This document shows positions 46,574 to 56,073 of a stretch of 64,000 nucleotides of DNA, one piece after another. Both the position numbers and the translations under genes were made by a program. Positions within the stretch are counted from its first letter, which is position 1. Every line of letters begins with the position of its first letter. Origin of the DNA: Candidatus Kaiserbacteria bacterium. GTDB lineage: Bacteria > Patescibacteriota > Minisyncoccia > Phycocordibacterales > UBA2100. The stretch covers positions 78,925 through 142,924 of the forward strand of contig JACRFK010000003.1 of assembly GCA_016217925.1 (NCBI GenBank). Reading direction: 5' to 3'. Below the pieces are notes generated by a model. The model worked only from the letters and a program-made list of their open reading frames with translations. It had not been told where the DNA came from and did not search any database.

Positions 46574-46879
46574 CTAGAGCGCGTCTTCGCTCTTCAAAAG
46601 TTCGTATTTTCGTAACGTACCGCCGCGGTTGCCACCGCTTCCAGCGGGGTCCCGCCCTGGGCGGTGATAGCCACCGAGCGAACCGTCGGACTTAACGACG
46701 CGATGGCACGGGATGTCGTGATTGTAATTGGAACGCATGATGGCGCCCACGGCCCGCGCGGCTTTCGGGTTGCCCGCTTTGGTCGCTACTTCTTTATACG
46801 TCATCGACTTCCCTTTTGGGATTTTTGCGACGACCGCCCGTACTCTATCTCGAAATGATTGAGAACGTATCTCAATCAT
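46574..46879 (-). CDS. MGMT/Ogt-like DNA-binding domain protein (active-site PCHRV present)
   Basis: MTYKEVA...PCHRVVKSDGSLGGY. Confidence 0.7.
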   Translation of the reverse strand: MIEIRSQSFRDRVRAVVAKIPKGKSMTYKEVATKAGNPKAARAVGAIMRSNYNHDIPCHRVVKSDGSLGGYHRPGRDPAGSGGNRGGTLRKYELLKSEDAL

Positions 46880-47712
46880 AAGCCAAGAGATCTTTGTCCG
46901 CCGTCTTTCTTTGCCTTGGGTGCAAATCCCATCAGCTTCTTCCCCACTGTTTCGCGGTAAACGCAGTAATCGCAATCAGGCGCGGGTGCGGGCAAGAGCT
47001 CGCTATCGAGGGTCTTTTTGATATCCATCAGTGTCCCTTCCACCCATGAATCGTCACCTTTGTGCGGGACGAGCGTTACTTCAAATTCGAGCTTGCCGTC
47101 GAAGGCTTTGTTTGCCTTGCTTGCATTGGCATAGACGAAATACCCCATGTCGGAGACCTTGAAGCCGTTGCGGCGGAAAAGCCACTGATATATCTCCATC
47201 TGGTGCTTGTAGCCGTCGTGCCACTCCTTATCAAGCGCCTCTATCTTTTCATCCTTACTGGTGGATTTGTAATCCACAATCATCAGCTCCCCCGCGGGAT
47301 TGACCCACACATCGTCAATGGCGCCGGAGACGGTAAATCCCGTCGGCTCGTGGTGATAATCAATGCCCTTGAAATTTTCCCGCCAGATATCCATTTTGGG
47401 ATGCTGGAAAGGCACCGCGTCGAGGCCGTACTGCTTCATGAGCGGGTGCGAGGTCTTGCCCGCACGGTGAATGTCGAACTCTTTTTTGAGAAGCGCATCT
47501 ACCGCCGAATTGAGATTAAACGGGAATCCCGGCGGACGGGCGGTGCCGAGCTTGTTGTCGATATAGAAACAGCGCGGGCACTCCTGAAAAAGTCCTATCT
47601 TCGATCGCGAGAGGCGCCATTTGTTGCCGCCGTAATTCCAATCGGTTTTCCTGTCGGGCTTGTAGTAGTCGGACATCGCGACAGTATACCCCATTAGATA
47701 GCCTGTCGGCAT
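46876..47712 (-). CDS. PD-(D/E)xK RecB-family nuclease, Cas4-like (4 Cys)
   Basis: Motif III IVDYKST, the QxxxY motif HQMEIYQWL, and Cys pairs CPRC (N-terminal) and CDYC (C-terminal). Confidence 0.6.
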   Translation of the reverse strand: MPTGYLMGYTVAMSDYYKPDRKTDWNYGGNKWRLSRSKIGLFQECPRCFYIDNKLGTARPPGFPFNLNSAVDALLKKEFDIHRAGKTSHPLMKQYGLDAVPFQHPKMDIWRENFKGIDYHHEPTGFTVSGAIDDVWVNPAGELMIVDYKSTSKDEKIEALDKEWHDGYKHQMEIYQWLFRRNGFKVSDMGYFVYANASKANKAFDGKLEFEVTLVPHKGDDSWVEGTLMDIKKTLDSELLPAPAPDCDYCVYRETVGKKLMGFAPKAKKDGGQRSLGL

Positions 47713-47735
47713 CTAACGGGGCAGGTCACTTCGCT

Positions 47736-48218
47736 TTACGACTTTTGCCCATCGCCGGACTGCAGATCAGGGCCATGCTCCACGAACCAGTGTTTGAAAC
47801 GATTTTCCAGATACCACATACCGGTGAACATGAGGAGCGTGAGAATGGTCGTGAAGATGGCGACCGAGTACAGACCGTATCCCACGGCGATACCGAGTCC
47901 TGCTGCGATCCAAAATCCTGCGGCTGTCGTTACCCCATGTACTGCATCTCCGCGGAAGACTATGATACCGCCTCCGAGAAATCCAATGCCCATGATGATC
48001 GCTGCAGCAGTGCGCATCGGGTCAAAATTGAGAATGCCGATATAGGCTATATCAACGTAGTTCGAGGTAATGATGAAGAGGCACGCACCGAGCGCCACGA
48101 GGCCGAAGGTGCGAGTGCCTGCAGATTGCTTGGCAATCACAGCGCGTTCGGTGCCGATGATACCGCCCAAGATCATCGCCAGGAGCAATTTTGCGAACAT
48201 GACTACCGTGGGGTCCAT
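47736..48218 (-). CDS. MgtC/SapB family membrane protein
   Basis: LLLAMILGGIIGTERAVIAKQSAGTRTFGLVALG. Confidence 0.7.
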   Translation of the reverse strand: MDPTVVMFAKLLLAMILGGIIGTERAVIAKQSAGTRTFGLVALGACLFIITSNYVDIAYIGILNFDPMRTAAAIIMGIGFLGGGIIVFRGDAVHGVTTAAGFWIAAGLGIAVGYGLYSVAIFTTILTLLMFTGMWYLENRFKHWFVEHGPDLQSGDGQKS

Positions 48219-48340
48219 GAAAAGTGTCGCGCCGCGCATGCGAATAGTATATAGCCACTAGGCTTTAGGGTCTAGGAGGATTCTGTACAAACGGAGGAAT
48301 TTAATTTTCTAATGGCTACACACTATTGGCTAATTCCTAT

Positions 48341-49225
48341 CTAGATACCACAAAGCTGCTTAGCCTCTTCCATCACATGCGGTATGCGGTCCGGCTTGAT
48401 GCCGAAATCTTTGAGCAAATGCGGCGCTCCCACATGCTTACACAAGACAACGCGCTGATCGAGAAGTCGGCGCTTTTCTGAATCTGAAAGTGTGGTGAGG
48501 CACGTGAGCGGATGGACGCGCGCTTCTTCTATGAGCGTAAGGAGATTGCGCGTGCGCGGATAGTCCCACCCGATGAGCGAAAGCCCGGAGCATTGCGCGT
48601 ACCGGATGGCATTACGCGTAAAGCGTGTGTTGGTGATGAGTATCCCCTCGTCGACGCGCGAGGACGCTTCCGGAGCGGAGCGTAGGTCTTCGTACCGTGC
48701 ATACACATAGAGCGCGTCCTTGATGTCGGTCTTCCCTGCCGCATCGTTGTGGAATTTTGCCTCGATACCGATACGTTTGCCGTTCTTCTCTGCGAATACA
48801 TCCACTTCATGCGGTGCACAGCGGCCGTTCAAAGCGACACCCGTCTGAGCCTTCCATCCATGCGCTCTGAATACCTCCGCGAGGAACTGTTCGAACGGAA
48901 ATCCTGAGGGGCCGAGCGCGAAAACCGCGCGCTTGATCGAATAGCGCGCCGCGACAGGTACTGCCTCCTCGCGCCGTAGGATGTCGAAGGCATATCGATA
49001 TATCTCCTCGGTCATCATCCCCGGCTTTAGTTGATGCATAACGTGTGAGAGTACCCGCGCACGCATCGTCGAGCTCGCACCCGATTGCGCAAGGGAGTGT
49101 TCGAGCTTCGCCGGATCAAACGGCTCCTGCTCTCCGTCCGCTTTTGTGATCAACATATGTGGCAAGAGTAAGCCGCGTGCGGCACTCGGCCGGTCTACAG
49201 TAGTTCGTGGAGTGGTGTGCGACAT
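48341..49225 (-). CDS. ATP-cone domain fused to restriction-endonuclease-like (Mrr-type) domain protein
   Basis: N-terminal MLITKADGEQEPFDPAKLEHSL resembles an ATP-cone. The C-terminal half has a PD-(D/E)xK-like D...E.K core (DVFAEKNGKRIGIEAKF). Confidence 0.45.
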   Translation of the reverse strand: MSHTTPRTTVDRPSAARGLLLPHMLITKADGEQEPFDPAKLEHSLAQSGASSTMRARVLSHVMHQLKPGMMTEEIYRYAFDILRREEAVPVAARYSIKRAVFALGPSGFPFEQFLAEVFRAHGWKAQTGVALNGRCAPHEVDVFAEKNGKRIGIEAKFHNDAAGKTDIKDALYVYARYEDLRSAPEASSRVDEGILITNTRFTRNAIRYAQCSGLSLIGWDYPRTRNLLTLIEEARVHPLTCLTTLSDSEKRRLLDQRVVLCKHVGAPHLLKDFGIKPDRIPHVMEEAKQLCGI

Positions 49226-49237
49226 GGTGAGGTCTAA

Positions 49238-49654
49238 TTATATCGTTATACGGCTAGGAAGAGCCGGTTCGACGATTATGGGGAGACCGATCCCGTCGAG
49301 AGTTGCAATAAATGCGACACCTGTCGCGGGTGCGAACAGGACGGTACGAAAATAACGAGGCACCTCGTTCATCTCACAGATGACGGATGGTTCACGCCAC
49401 GTGCGAAAAACGAGCATATAGGTGAAGTCTGCGAGCGCCTCGGTCCGAACAGAAAGCTGATCGCATGGTGTCGGCACCATGATCATTCCCGACAGATGAT
49501 GCGCGCCCGACCCCAGTTCGTCCCGAACGATAATGGGCTGATTTTCGCGCGACTCTTGCGCATGTACGACGCTTCCCGCAATGAGGTACACCGCGTACGC
49601 GACTACGCTCGCAACAACAAAAAACCACAGCATGCGGGATATGATCGCACCCAT
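49238..49654 (-). CDS. Hypothetical membrane protein
   Basis: 138-aa ORF with an N-terminal TM helix. Confidence 0.35.
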   Translation of the reverse strand: MGAIISRMLWFFVVASVVAYAVYLIAGSVVHAQESRENQPIIVRDELGSGAHHLSGMIMVPTPCDQLSVRTEALADFTYMLVFRTWREPSVICEMNEVPRYFRTVLFAPATGVAFIATLDGIGLPIIVEPALPSRITI

Positions 49655-49671
49655 ACGAACAGTGTATAGGG

Positions 49672-49750
49672 ATTAGCCACTAGCCACTAGGAAAAAATGT
49701 GTATATGAATTTTTACTAGTGGCTAAGGACTAGTCGCTAGTGGCTATTAT
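49672..49750. repeat. Compound inverted repeat built from TAGCCACTAG / CTAGTGGCTA 10-mers
   Basis: The left arm has two copies of TAGCCACTAG and the right arm two of CTAGTGGCTA, with an AT-rich loop between them. It overlaps the mnmA 3' end. An additional half-site lies at 48253-48264. Confidence 0.5.
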
Positions 49751-50803
49751 CCCTCCGCCAAGACACACGTCCCCCTCCTCTTCCCGTTCATTTTTTTGGT
49801 ACAGGACGAGCGATTGTCCGGGTGACGCGATATGCGGATGCTCGAATGCTGACGCGAAACCGCCGGGACCTTTGGAGATGGTCGCGCCGATTGGCGCCTC
49901 GTGATAGCGGGCTTGCGCTTGAAGGGTTACAGGCAGCCGCAGCTCACGATATATCCAGTGCATATCACTGAGGTTCACCGTAGTACGAGTGGCATCTTCG
50001 CGTCGGAGCGAAACGTGGACTGTATTCTTTACGACCTCAACACGTGTCACGTAAAAGGGCCCAGCTCCTGCGTCTTTCGAGAGTGCAAAACCGTGCCGCT
50101 GACCGACCGTATAGAGTGCTGCGCCTTCGTGTTCGCCGATAACTCTGCCGTCGCACACGAGAGGTCCGGGGATAACCGCGATGAACCGTTTGAGGAATTC
50201 CGACATTGAAACCTCACCTACGAAGCACAGTCCCTGACTGTCCGGTTTTTTTGCGACCGGCAGGTTGAACTTTGACGCCAGCGCGCGCACCTCCGACTTC
50301 AGCAGACCACCTATGGGGAATAAGGCACGCGCAAGCTCGAGCTGCCCCAGACGATACAAAAAGTATGATTGGTCCTTTGCGCTGTCGCGTGCTCGTAGCA
50401 AGTCGAAATGGCCACCAACCTCGCGCTTGCGCGCATAATGGCCGGTTGCTATCGCTTTGGCACCATTTTCTTTCGCCCAACGTGAGAACGAACCAAACTT
50501 GATGTGTATATTGCAAAGTGCGTCAGGGTTTGGAGTGATGCCTTGTGCGTAACCCCGCACCATGCGTTCTACGACCGCCTCTTTGTATTCCTGAGAAAGG
50601 TCCACTTCGCGAAATGGTATCGCGAGCGCGGCACACACACGCATCGCGTCGAGCCTATCCTCGCACCACGTACATTCGATGAATTCCGGCTGCCATATCT
50701 TTATGAAGGCGCCGACGACGTCGTAGCCTTCCCTCTGGAGAAGCGCCGCAGAAACGGCGCTATCAACCCCGCCTGAGAGCCCGACAAATACCCGGTGCGT
50801 CAT
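49730..50803 (-). CDS. mnmA: tRNA 2-thiouridylase MnmA
   Basis: PP-loop SGGVDSAVSAALL and GITPNPDALCN motifs. Confidence 0.85.
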   Translation of the reverse strand: MTHRVFVGLSGGVDSAVSAALLQREGYDVVGAFIKIWQPEFIECTWCEDRLDAMRVCAALAIPFREVDLSQEYKEAVVERMVRGYAQGITPNPDALCNIHIKFGSFSRWAKENGAKAIATGHYARKREVGGHFDLLRARDSAKDQSYFLYRLGQLELARALFPIGGLLKSEVRALASKFNLPVAKKPDSQGLCFVGEVSMSEFLKRFIAVIPGPLVCDGRVIGEHEGAALYTVGQRHGFALSKDAGAGPFYVTRVEVVKNTVHVSLRREDATRTTVNLSDMHWIYRELRLPVTLQAQARYHEAPIGATISKGPGGFASAFEHPHIASPGQSLVLYQKNEREEEGDVCLGGGIIATSD

Positions 50804-50820
50804 GCGACCAGAATACACTA

Positions 50821-51855
50821 CTAGGTACCCAAATACAGACGCTTTTTCCGGAGATGCTCCGCATAGGTTTTGCTGAAGTAGGTGACGCCGTTACGGTCCG
50901 CAAGATAGTACAAATAGTTACTCTTGGTCGGGTGTACGGCCGCTTGCAGTGAATCGAGCGAGGGACTGCCGATTGCGGTCGGCGGGAGACCTTTTCTCGT
51001 ATAGGTATTGTATGGAGAGTCGGTCATCAGGTCCTTATTGGTAAGCTCGAATGTCCCCTTACCGATAGTGTAGAGAAAAGAAACGTCAACCTGAAGAAGC
51101 ATTCCCCTATCGATCCTGTTCCAGAGGACGCCTGATATCATCCGGCGGTCGGCGCTGTTGCGGGCCTCGCGCTCGATGAGCGATGCCATGATGACAATAT
51201 CCGAGAGCGAACGTGTCGAGCTGGCGATCTCAGGGCGGAGGGCGGCAATATGTTGATCGAAATTTTGACGCATTGCCTGTATGACGGCATCTTCGGTAAT
51301 GTTGGGAAGGAAGAAATACGTATCCGGAAAAAGGTAGCCCTCTTGCTGCGCGCTTTGCGCGAGGAAATTCTCTGAATTGAAACGCTGAAGCAGCCTGCCG
51401 AATATTTTTGCCATTTCTTTGGTCGTTGCTCCCTCCGGTATGCGGATACGAAATGGCTCAAGCCCGAATGCGCCCACAACGAGTGCACGGGCGACCGAGA
51501 ACAGGTCGCGCGGCTCTTTGAAAATGTAATCTCCCGCGTGGACGTTGCGCTCAGAGCCGATTAGCTTCACGAAAACATGCAGTGCGGATGCCGAACGCAC
51601 GACGCCCGCCTCCTGTAGAGACTTCGCGACCTCGGCCAACGATTGCCCCTTCTGGACTGAAATGAGCGTATCGACGGGGAACGACTCCGGCGGCTGTATA
51701 ACGTACACGTACGAGAGCGCTGTTATCGTACCGACGAGCAGCAAGATAACTATGGTGCGACGATTCGCGTGGGCGTCCCACCGTGATGACAGGCGCGTAA
51801 GGAATACGTGTCCTCGCTCAAAAATATTTTCCAAAAATGATACAGGCTCGGGCAT
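50821..51855 (-). CDS. mltG: Endolytic murein transglycosylase MltG (YceG-like)
   Basis: N-terminal TM helix and the YceG core YLFPDTYFF. Confidence 0.8.
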   Translation of the reverse strand: MPEPVSFLENIFERGHVFLTRLSSRWDAHANRRTIVILLLVGTITALSYVYVIQPPESFPVDTLISVQKGQSLAEVAKSLQEAGVVRSASALHVFVKLIGSERNVHAGDYIFKEPRDLFSVARALVVGAFGLEPFRIRIPEGATTKEMAKIFGRLLQRFNSENFLAQSAQQEGYLFPDTYFFLPNITEDAVIQAMRQNFDQHIAALRPEIASSTRSLSDIVIMASLIEREARNSADRRMISGVLWNRIDRGMLLQVDVSFLYTIGKGTFELTNKDLMTDSPYNTYTRKGLPPTAIGSPSLDSLQAAVHPTKSNYLYYLADRNGVTYFSKTYAEHLRKKRLYLGT

Positions 51856-51883
51856 ACGTATGCTCTATGATGCAGTCCGTTGC

Positions 51884-53305
51884 CTATTTCGGCAAATTTG
51901 CGGGTGGTTCGCCTTTCTTGGCAGGAATGCGTGCGAGTCCCGGAGCGCCTACAGCGGCTGACGGCGGATGCCAGATAGTAGCCAAGACTTCTGTCGACAT
52001 CATGTTGTGCGGCATGATCCACGGCGAATAGAAGTGCGAGCGACGACGATAGCAATCAAGAAAGCGCCGTACCGTGAGATTCCATCGGATGTTGTTGAAA
52101 TCCTGCCATGGCCAATCGAAAGGATTGCCCCAACGGCGCGGACGCAGTTGATTCATGAACTGTGGATTGCCGACCGGTCGCCATATCCAACGGATAGCGG
52201 TGTACCCTGGTGCGCCAAAGTCTTTGGCATCCGAGATGTAGATCCCGCGCATGCCGACGTTGAACGGATGCTTGCCCATGTTCCTTTCCATCGCTTTCAC
52301 CGTCTCGGTGTAACGGTAGCGGGGTACACGGGCGTAAGTTTTCCAGGCGTCGGATGCGTGCCTGTCTCCGGGATCTTGCGTACTTGTTTCCTTGATGAGC
52401 TTATCCACCTCTTCTTTTATCAATCCTTCGTAACGACTCTCGGTCTCATACCACGCGCCGCCTTTTTTGCGTCGTACGTCCTTGCACAGGGTGATGATGA
52501 TCTGTATCCACATCTGCTCGGAAGGTTTCAGATTGCTCATGCGTTCCAGCACCTCGGAGAGCGGGTCTATTTTGAACTCTTCCTTCGGGTCTTTGTCGAG
52601 CTCGAATTCGACGTAGGTGCGGATGGGGTATGCATCATTGCGCGGCTCGTAGCGCCAGTCGGTCGGAAAAGCATCTTGTTTGTTGGGGTCAAATCGGTAC
52701 TTTGAGGCATAATCTTCGACCTCGACCATTTCCACCTCGGGGTAGTACGCATACATCATGGCCTCGACGTTGGGGCGCCAATTACGCCAGCACCAAATAT
52801 AAAAGTGAATCTCCCCCCCGAAGGACGCTATCTCAAATGAGAAGTACGGCAAGACGCCCCCCTGCCAAAGACGGTTCAAAAACGTGGTCACGCCCGAATC
52901 GATCCAGAGTTTGGAAAGTGCATTTTCCATTGCGCGCGGCGAGCGGGTGATATCGCGCGGCATTTTTACCTCCAAAAGCACCACATCGCGCTTAAAAATG
53001 TATGTGGACTGGACATACCAGATCCAGATCTTCCACGCGGTGATAATCATCACTATGGGAAGCCACACGGGTGCCATGCCCAAGAGCCAACCGAAAGCAA
53101 ACATCGGCAGATTGGGGATCATGTTCCATAGGATCCCGAGTAGGCCCCAAAACATAATGCTGAGAACAAGGCAACGGGAAATTCCCCAGTAATTGCCGCC
53201 GAGCGAATCAATTACATCGTGAAAATCCAGTTTTATGAGGTGGCCCAGTATCGTGCGGATATCAACCGTGGTGATCATCCCTGTCTGTTCATGCTCATGT
53301 ATCAC
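51884..53305 (-). CDS. Hypothetical polytopic membrane protein with Trp-rich C-terminal domain
   Basis: 473-aa ORF with N-terminal TM helices and no recognised motif. Confidence 0.4.
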   Translation of the reverse strand: MIHEHEQTGMITTVDIRTILGHLIKLDFHDVIDSLGGNYWGISRCLVLSIMFWGLLGILWNMIPNLPMFAFGWLLGMAPVWLPIVMIITAWKIWIWYVQSTYIFKRDVVLLEVKMPRDITRSPRAMENALSKLWIDSGVTTFLNRLWQGGVLPYFSFEIASFGGEIHFYIWCWRNWRPNVEAMMYAYYPEVEMVEVEDYASKYRFDPNKQDAFPTDWRYEPRNDAYPIRTYVEFELDKDPKEEFKIDPLSEVLERMSNLKPSEQMWIQIIITLCKDVRRKKGGAWYETESRYEGLIKEEVDKLIKETSTQDPGDRHASDAWKTYARVPRYRYTETVKAMERNMGKHPFNVGMRGIYISDAKDFGAPGYTAIRWIWRPVGNPQFMNQLRPRRWGNPFDWPWQDFNNIRWNLTVRRFLDCYRRRSHFYSPWIMPHNMMSTEVLATIWHPPSAAVGAPGLARIPAKKGEPPANLPK

Positions 53306-53413
53306 CTCACGATTCTAACATTGGAAGGCGGGAGAAGCATCGCTCAAAATGAAAGAATGGGGAATACAAAAAGCCACGAGTCCTCGTGTCTTCTGACCCG
53401 CCTCTCTTGCATC

Positions 53414-54436
53414 TTACTTGGCGAGAGAGTATTTACCTTCAGGATTGCGTACGAACATACCGTTCTGCAAGTTGACAGCGATGGTCGCGTCTTTCACATA
53501 CCGCTCGCGCTTCACACGCTCAACTATTTCCTCGCGAGTGAGAGGGCCTTCGCGCTGTAGTATGCCCGCGATGACGTCGCGCACGACACCAGGTTCGTAT
53601 CCCCATTCCTTGAGCGCGTAAAGCCCGCGGCCCACGAGTACGAAGCGCCCGTCTTTGATGAGCTCGTTGTGTGTCGTTGCGGGATGTGTTTTGCGACCGA
53701 AGAGCTTCTCAATATTTTTCGCCACTTCAGTGAAGTGCATCGGAGAACCGTGCCGCTTGAGCGTGAGGTATGCGAAATCGCGCGTGTTCTTGATGCGCAC
53801 GTGCGGAGAATCCTGCCGGCCCCACTCCCCAAGCGGATTCCTGCCGATGCGCTTTGATATCAAAAGCCAGCGTGGAAGCGCGTCGTTGCTACGGTTCTTT
53901 ACACCGGCCTGTTTCAGGTGACGCGCAAAAATTTCCAGAAACTCTTCTTCGGGAGTGAGCTTGTTCGGTTCGATGGATTCGTAGAGACTTGAGAGTGCCG
54001 CTTCGATCTGTTCGGCAAGCTGTTCATCGATGTGCCAGCGCGCCCGAAAATCATTGTCCTCACGGCGGTCCTCGAAATGATGGCCGACGGTAAGGAGGAA
54101 CACGACGTGGTTACGGTCCGCATCGTTTTTGGCAAGTTCCTGTAATATCGTTTCTTCTGAAAGTACGCCTCCCAGAGCCGTAATAGCGGCTTTCAGATTT
54201 TCCCAATGTTGTGTGAGTGCAGCGTACGCGTCGGAATCGCGCACGGCCGAGATGCTGTGATTTTCGATCTGGCGAATGCGCTCGCGGGTGATGCCGTATT
54301 CCTGCCCGATGGCATCGAGCGTCCGGCGTTCACCCTTTCCTGCGAGGCCAAAGCGGTCCGTAAGGACGCGACGAGAACGCTCCGGGAGTCCGGAGAGCAA
54401 GTCTTTGGTCACAGATTTTGGCTGAAAAGATAGCAT
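53414..54436 (-). CDS. Sigma-70 region-4 (HTH) domain protein lacking regions 2 and 3
   Basis: The N-terminal VLTDRFGL...RTLDAIGQEYGITRERIRQIENHSISAVR closely resembles RpoD region 4.2. The remaining 260 aa are unassigned. Divergent from dnaB. Confidence 0.55.
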   Translation of the reverse strand: MLSFQPKSVTKDLLSGLPERSRRVLTDRFGLAGKGERRTLDAIGQEYGITRERIRQIENHSISAVRDSDAYAALTQHWENLKAAITALGGVLSEETILQELAKNDADRNHVVFLLTVGHHFEDRREDNDFRARWHIDEQLAEQIEAALSSLYESIEPNKLTPEEEFLEIFARHLKQAGVKNRSNDALPRWLLISKRIGRNPLGEWGRQDSPHVRIKNTRDFAYLTLKRHGSPMHFTEVAKNIEKLFGRKTHPATTHNELIKDGRFVLVGRGLYALKEWGYEPGVVRDVIAGILQREGPLTREEIVERVKRERYVKDATIAVNLQNGMFVRNPEGKYSLAK

Positions 54437-54594
54437 AATTGACGTATTCGTATTCCTGTGTTCTCCTTATATCAAATCCCTATGGGGCTGTCAATCCCGC
54501 CCTTTCTTATTGGGGAAAGGGCGGGATGTCCACATCTAAGGCACACTTCCCTACCTATCTGCTCCTGAGGGCGGCAAAGACATAATGGTAGGAT

Positions 54595-55989
54595 GTGGCG
54601 ATGGCACGCGATACAGTGAAAGTTCCTCCTCAAGACATCGAAATGGAGCGCGCACTTCTTGGCGCTTTAATGCTCAATCAGAACGCTATCTATGAGGTCG
54701 CGGACCTCATCGGCGTTGATTCGTTTTATGCGGGAAAACACCGCACTATTTTCGACGCCATGCTCGGCCTTTTTGCAAAAGGCGAGCCAATAGACGTCGT
54801 TACCCTTTCGAGCAAACTCAAAGAGCGCAAACTTCTAAACGAGATAGGCGGCGCAAGCTACCTCTCAGAGCTGGTCGGAGCTGCAGCCTCCCCAGGTAGC
54901 GCGCGGCATTATGCACAAGGAGTGCAGACAAAATTCGTGTTGCGCAGCCTTATTGACGCGGCGGCCCGTATCGGGGAACTTGGTTTTGAAGAAGACAAAG
55001 ACATCGAGGTCATCCTCGATGAGGCGCAGTCGGCGGTGTTCTCGGTGACACAAACCCCGATGCTGCGTTCATTCACGGCTATCAAGGACGAGCTCACCGA
55101 GGCGTGGGAGCGTCTTGAAAGTCTCCAGAAACACAAAGGTTCGATGCGTGGCATTCCGACTGGTTTTCCTCAGCTCGACAATTTGCTCGCCGGTTTCCAA
55201 AAATCCGACCTCGTCATCCTTGCCGCCCGTCCGAGTATGGGTAAAACGGCCCTCGCCCTCGACATCGCACGGCAAACCGCGACCAAGCATGGTACCCCGG
55301 TCGGTATCTTCTCTCTCGAAATGAGCTCACAACAACTTGTGGACAGAATGTTAGCCGCACAAGCAGGCGTCAATTCGTGGCGGCTACGCACCGGAAAGAT
55401 CAAAGATGAGGATGAATTCGAACGCTTGCAGCAGGGCATGGGTGTCCTCGCGGATGCACCTATTTATATCGACGACAAAGCGTCGACCACGGTTCTTGCA
55501 ATGCGCTCCGTTGCGCGACGCCTCAAACTGGAGAAAAACCTCGGGCTTATTATCGTGGACTACTTGCAGCTCATTACGCCTACATTCGCCCGCGGCGGCG
55601 ACAACCTCGTGCAACAGGTCACCGAGATCTCGCGCTCGCTCAAAGCTATGGCGCGCGAATTAGAAATACCGGTCCTCGCGCTCTCACAGCTTTCCCGTGC
55701 AGTCGAGCAGCGTCGCGGACGCCCGCGCCTCTCGGACCTCCGCGACTCCGGCTCCATCGAGCAAGACGCTGACGTCGTTATGTTCATTCACCGCGAAGAT
55801 AAAATGAACGACAATTCAGACAAACCAGGTATCGCAGAAATATTGGTGGAAAAGCATCGCAATGGCCCTGTCGGCAAAGTAGAACTGCGCTTCGACGAGG
55901 AGCAGACGACGTTCCGTTCGATAGACAAGAGCGACTTTGGCGATTTCACTCCGGAGGCAGAAGTCGAGGCTGAATCTGCTCCATTCTAA
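54595..55989 (+). CDS. dnaB: Replicative DNA helicase DnaB
   Basis: N-terminal ERALLGALMLN, Walker A ARPSMGKTALAL, Walker B and the arginine finger. 464 aa with no intein. Confidence 0.9.
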   Translation: MAMARDTVKVPPQDIEMERALLGALMLNQNAIYEVADLIGVDSFYAGKHRTIFDAMLGLFAKGEPIDVVTLSSKLKERKLLNEIGGASYLSELVGAAASPGSARHYAQGVQTKFVLRSLIDAAARIGELGFEEDKDIEVILDEAQSAVFSVTQTPMLRSFTAIKDELTEAWERLESLQKHKGSMRGIPTGFPQLDNLLAGFQKSDLVILAARPSMGKTALALDIARQTATKHGTPVGIFSLEMSSQQLVDRMLAAQAGVNSWRLRTGKIKDEDEFERLQQGMGVLADAPIYIDDKASTTVLAMRSVARRLKLEKNLGLIIVDYLQLITPTFARGGDNLVQQVTEISRSLKAMARELEIPVLALSQLSRAVEQRRGRPRLSDLRDSGSIEQDADVVMFIHREDKMNDNSDKPGIAEILVEKHRNGPVGKVELRFDEEQTTFRSIDKSDFGDFTPEAEVEAESAPF

Positions 55990-56073
55990 AAAACAAGTGT
56001 ACCCCGTGAGATATTCAGCGCGAAAATTCTAGTAACGCCCTGGGAATTATCTCATGGGGTATACTGACACCCA

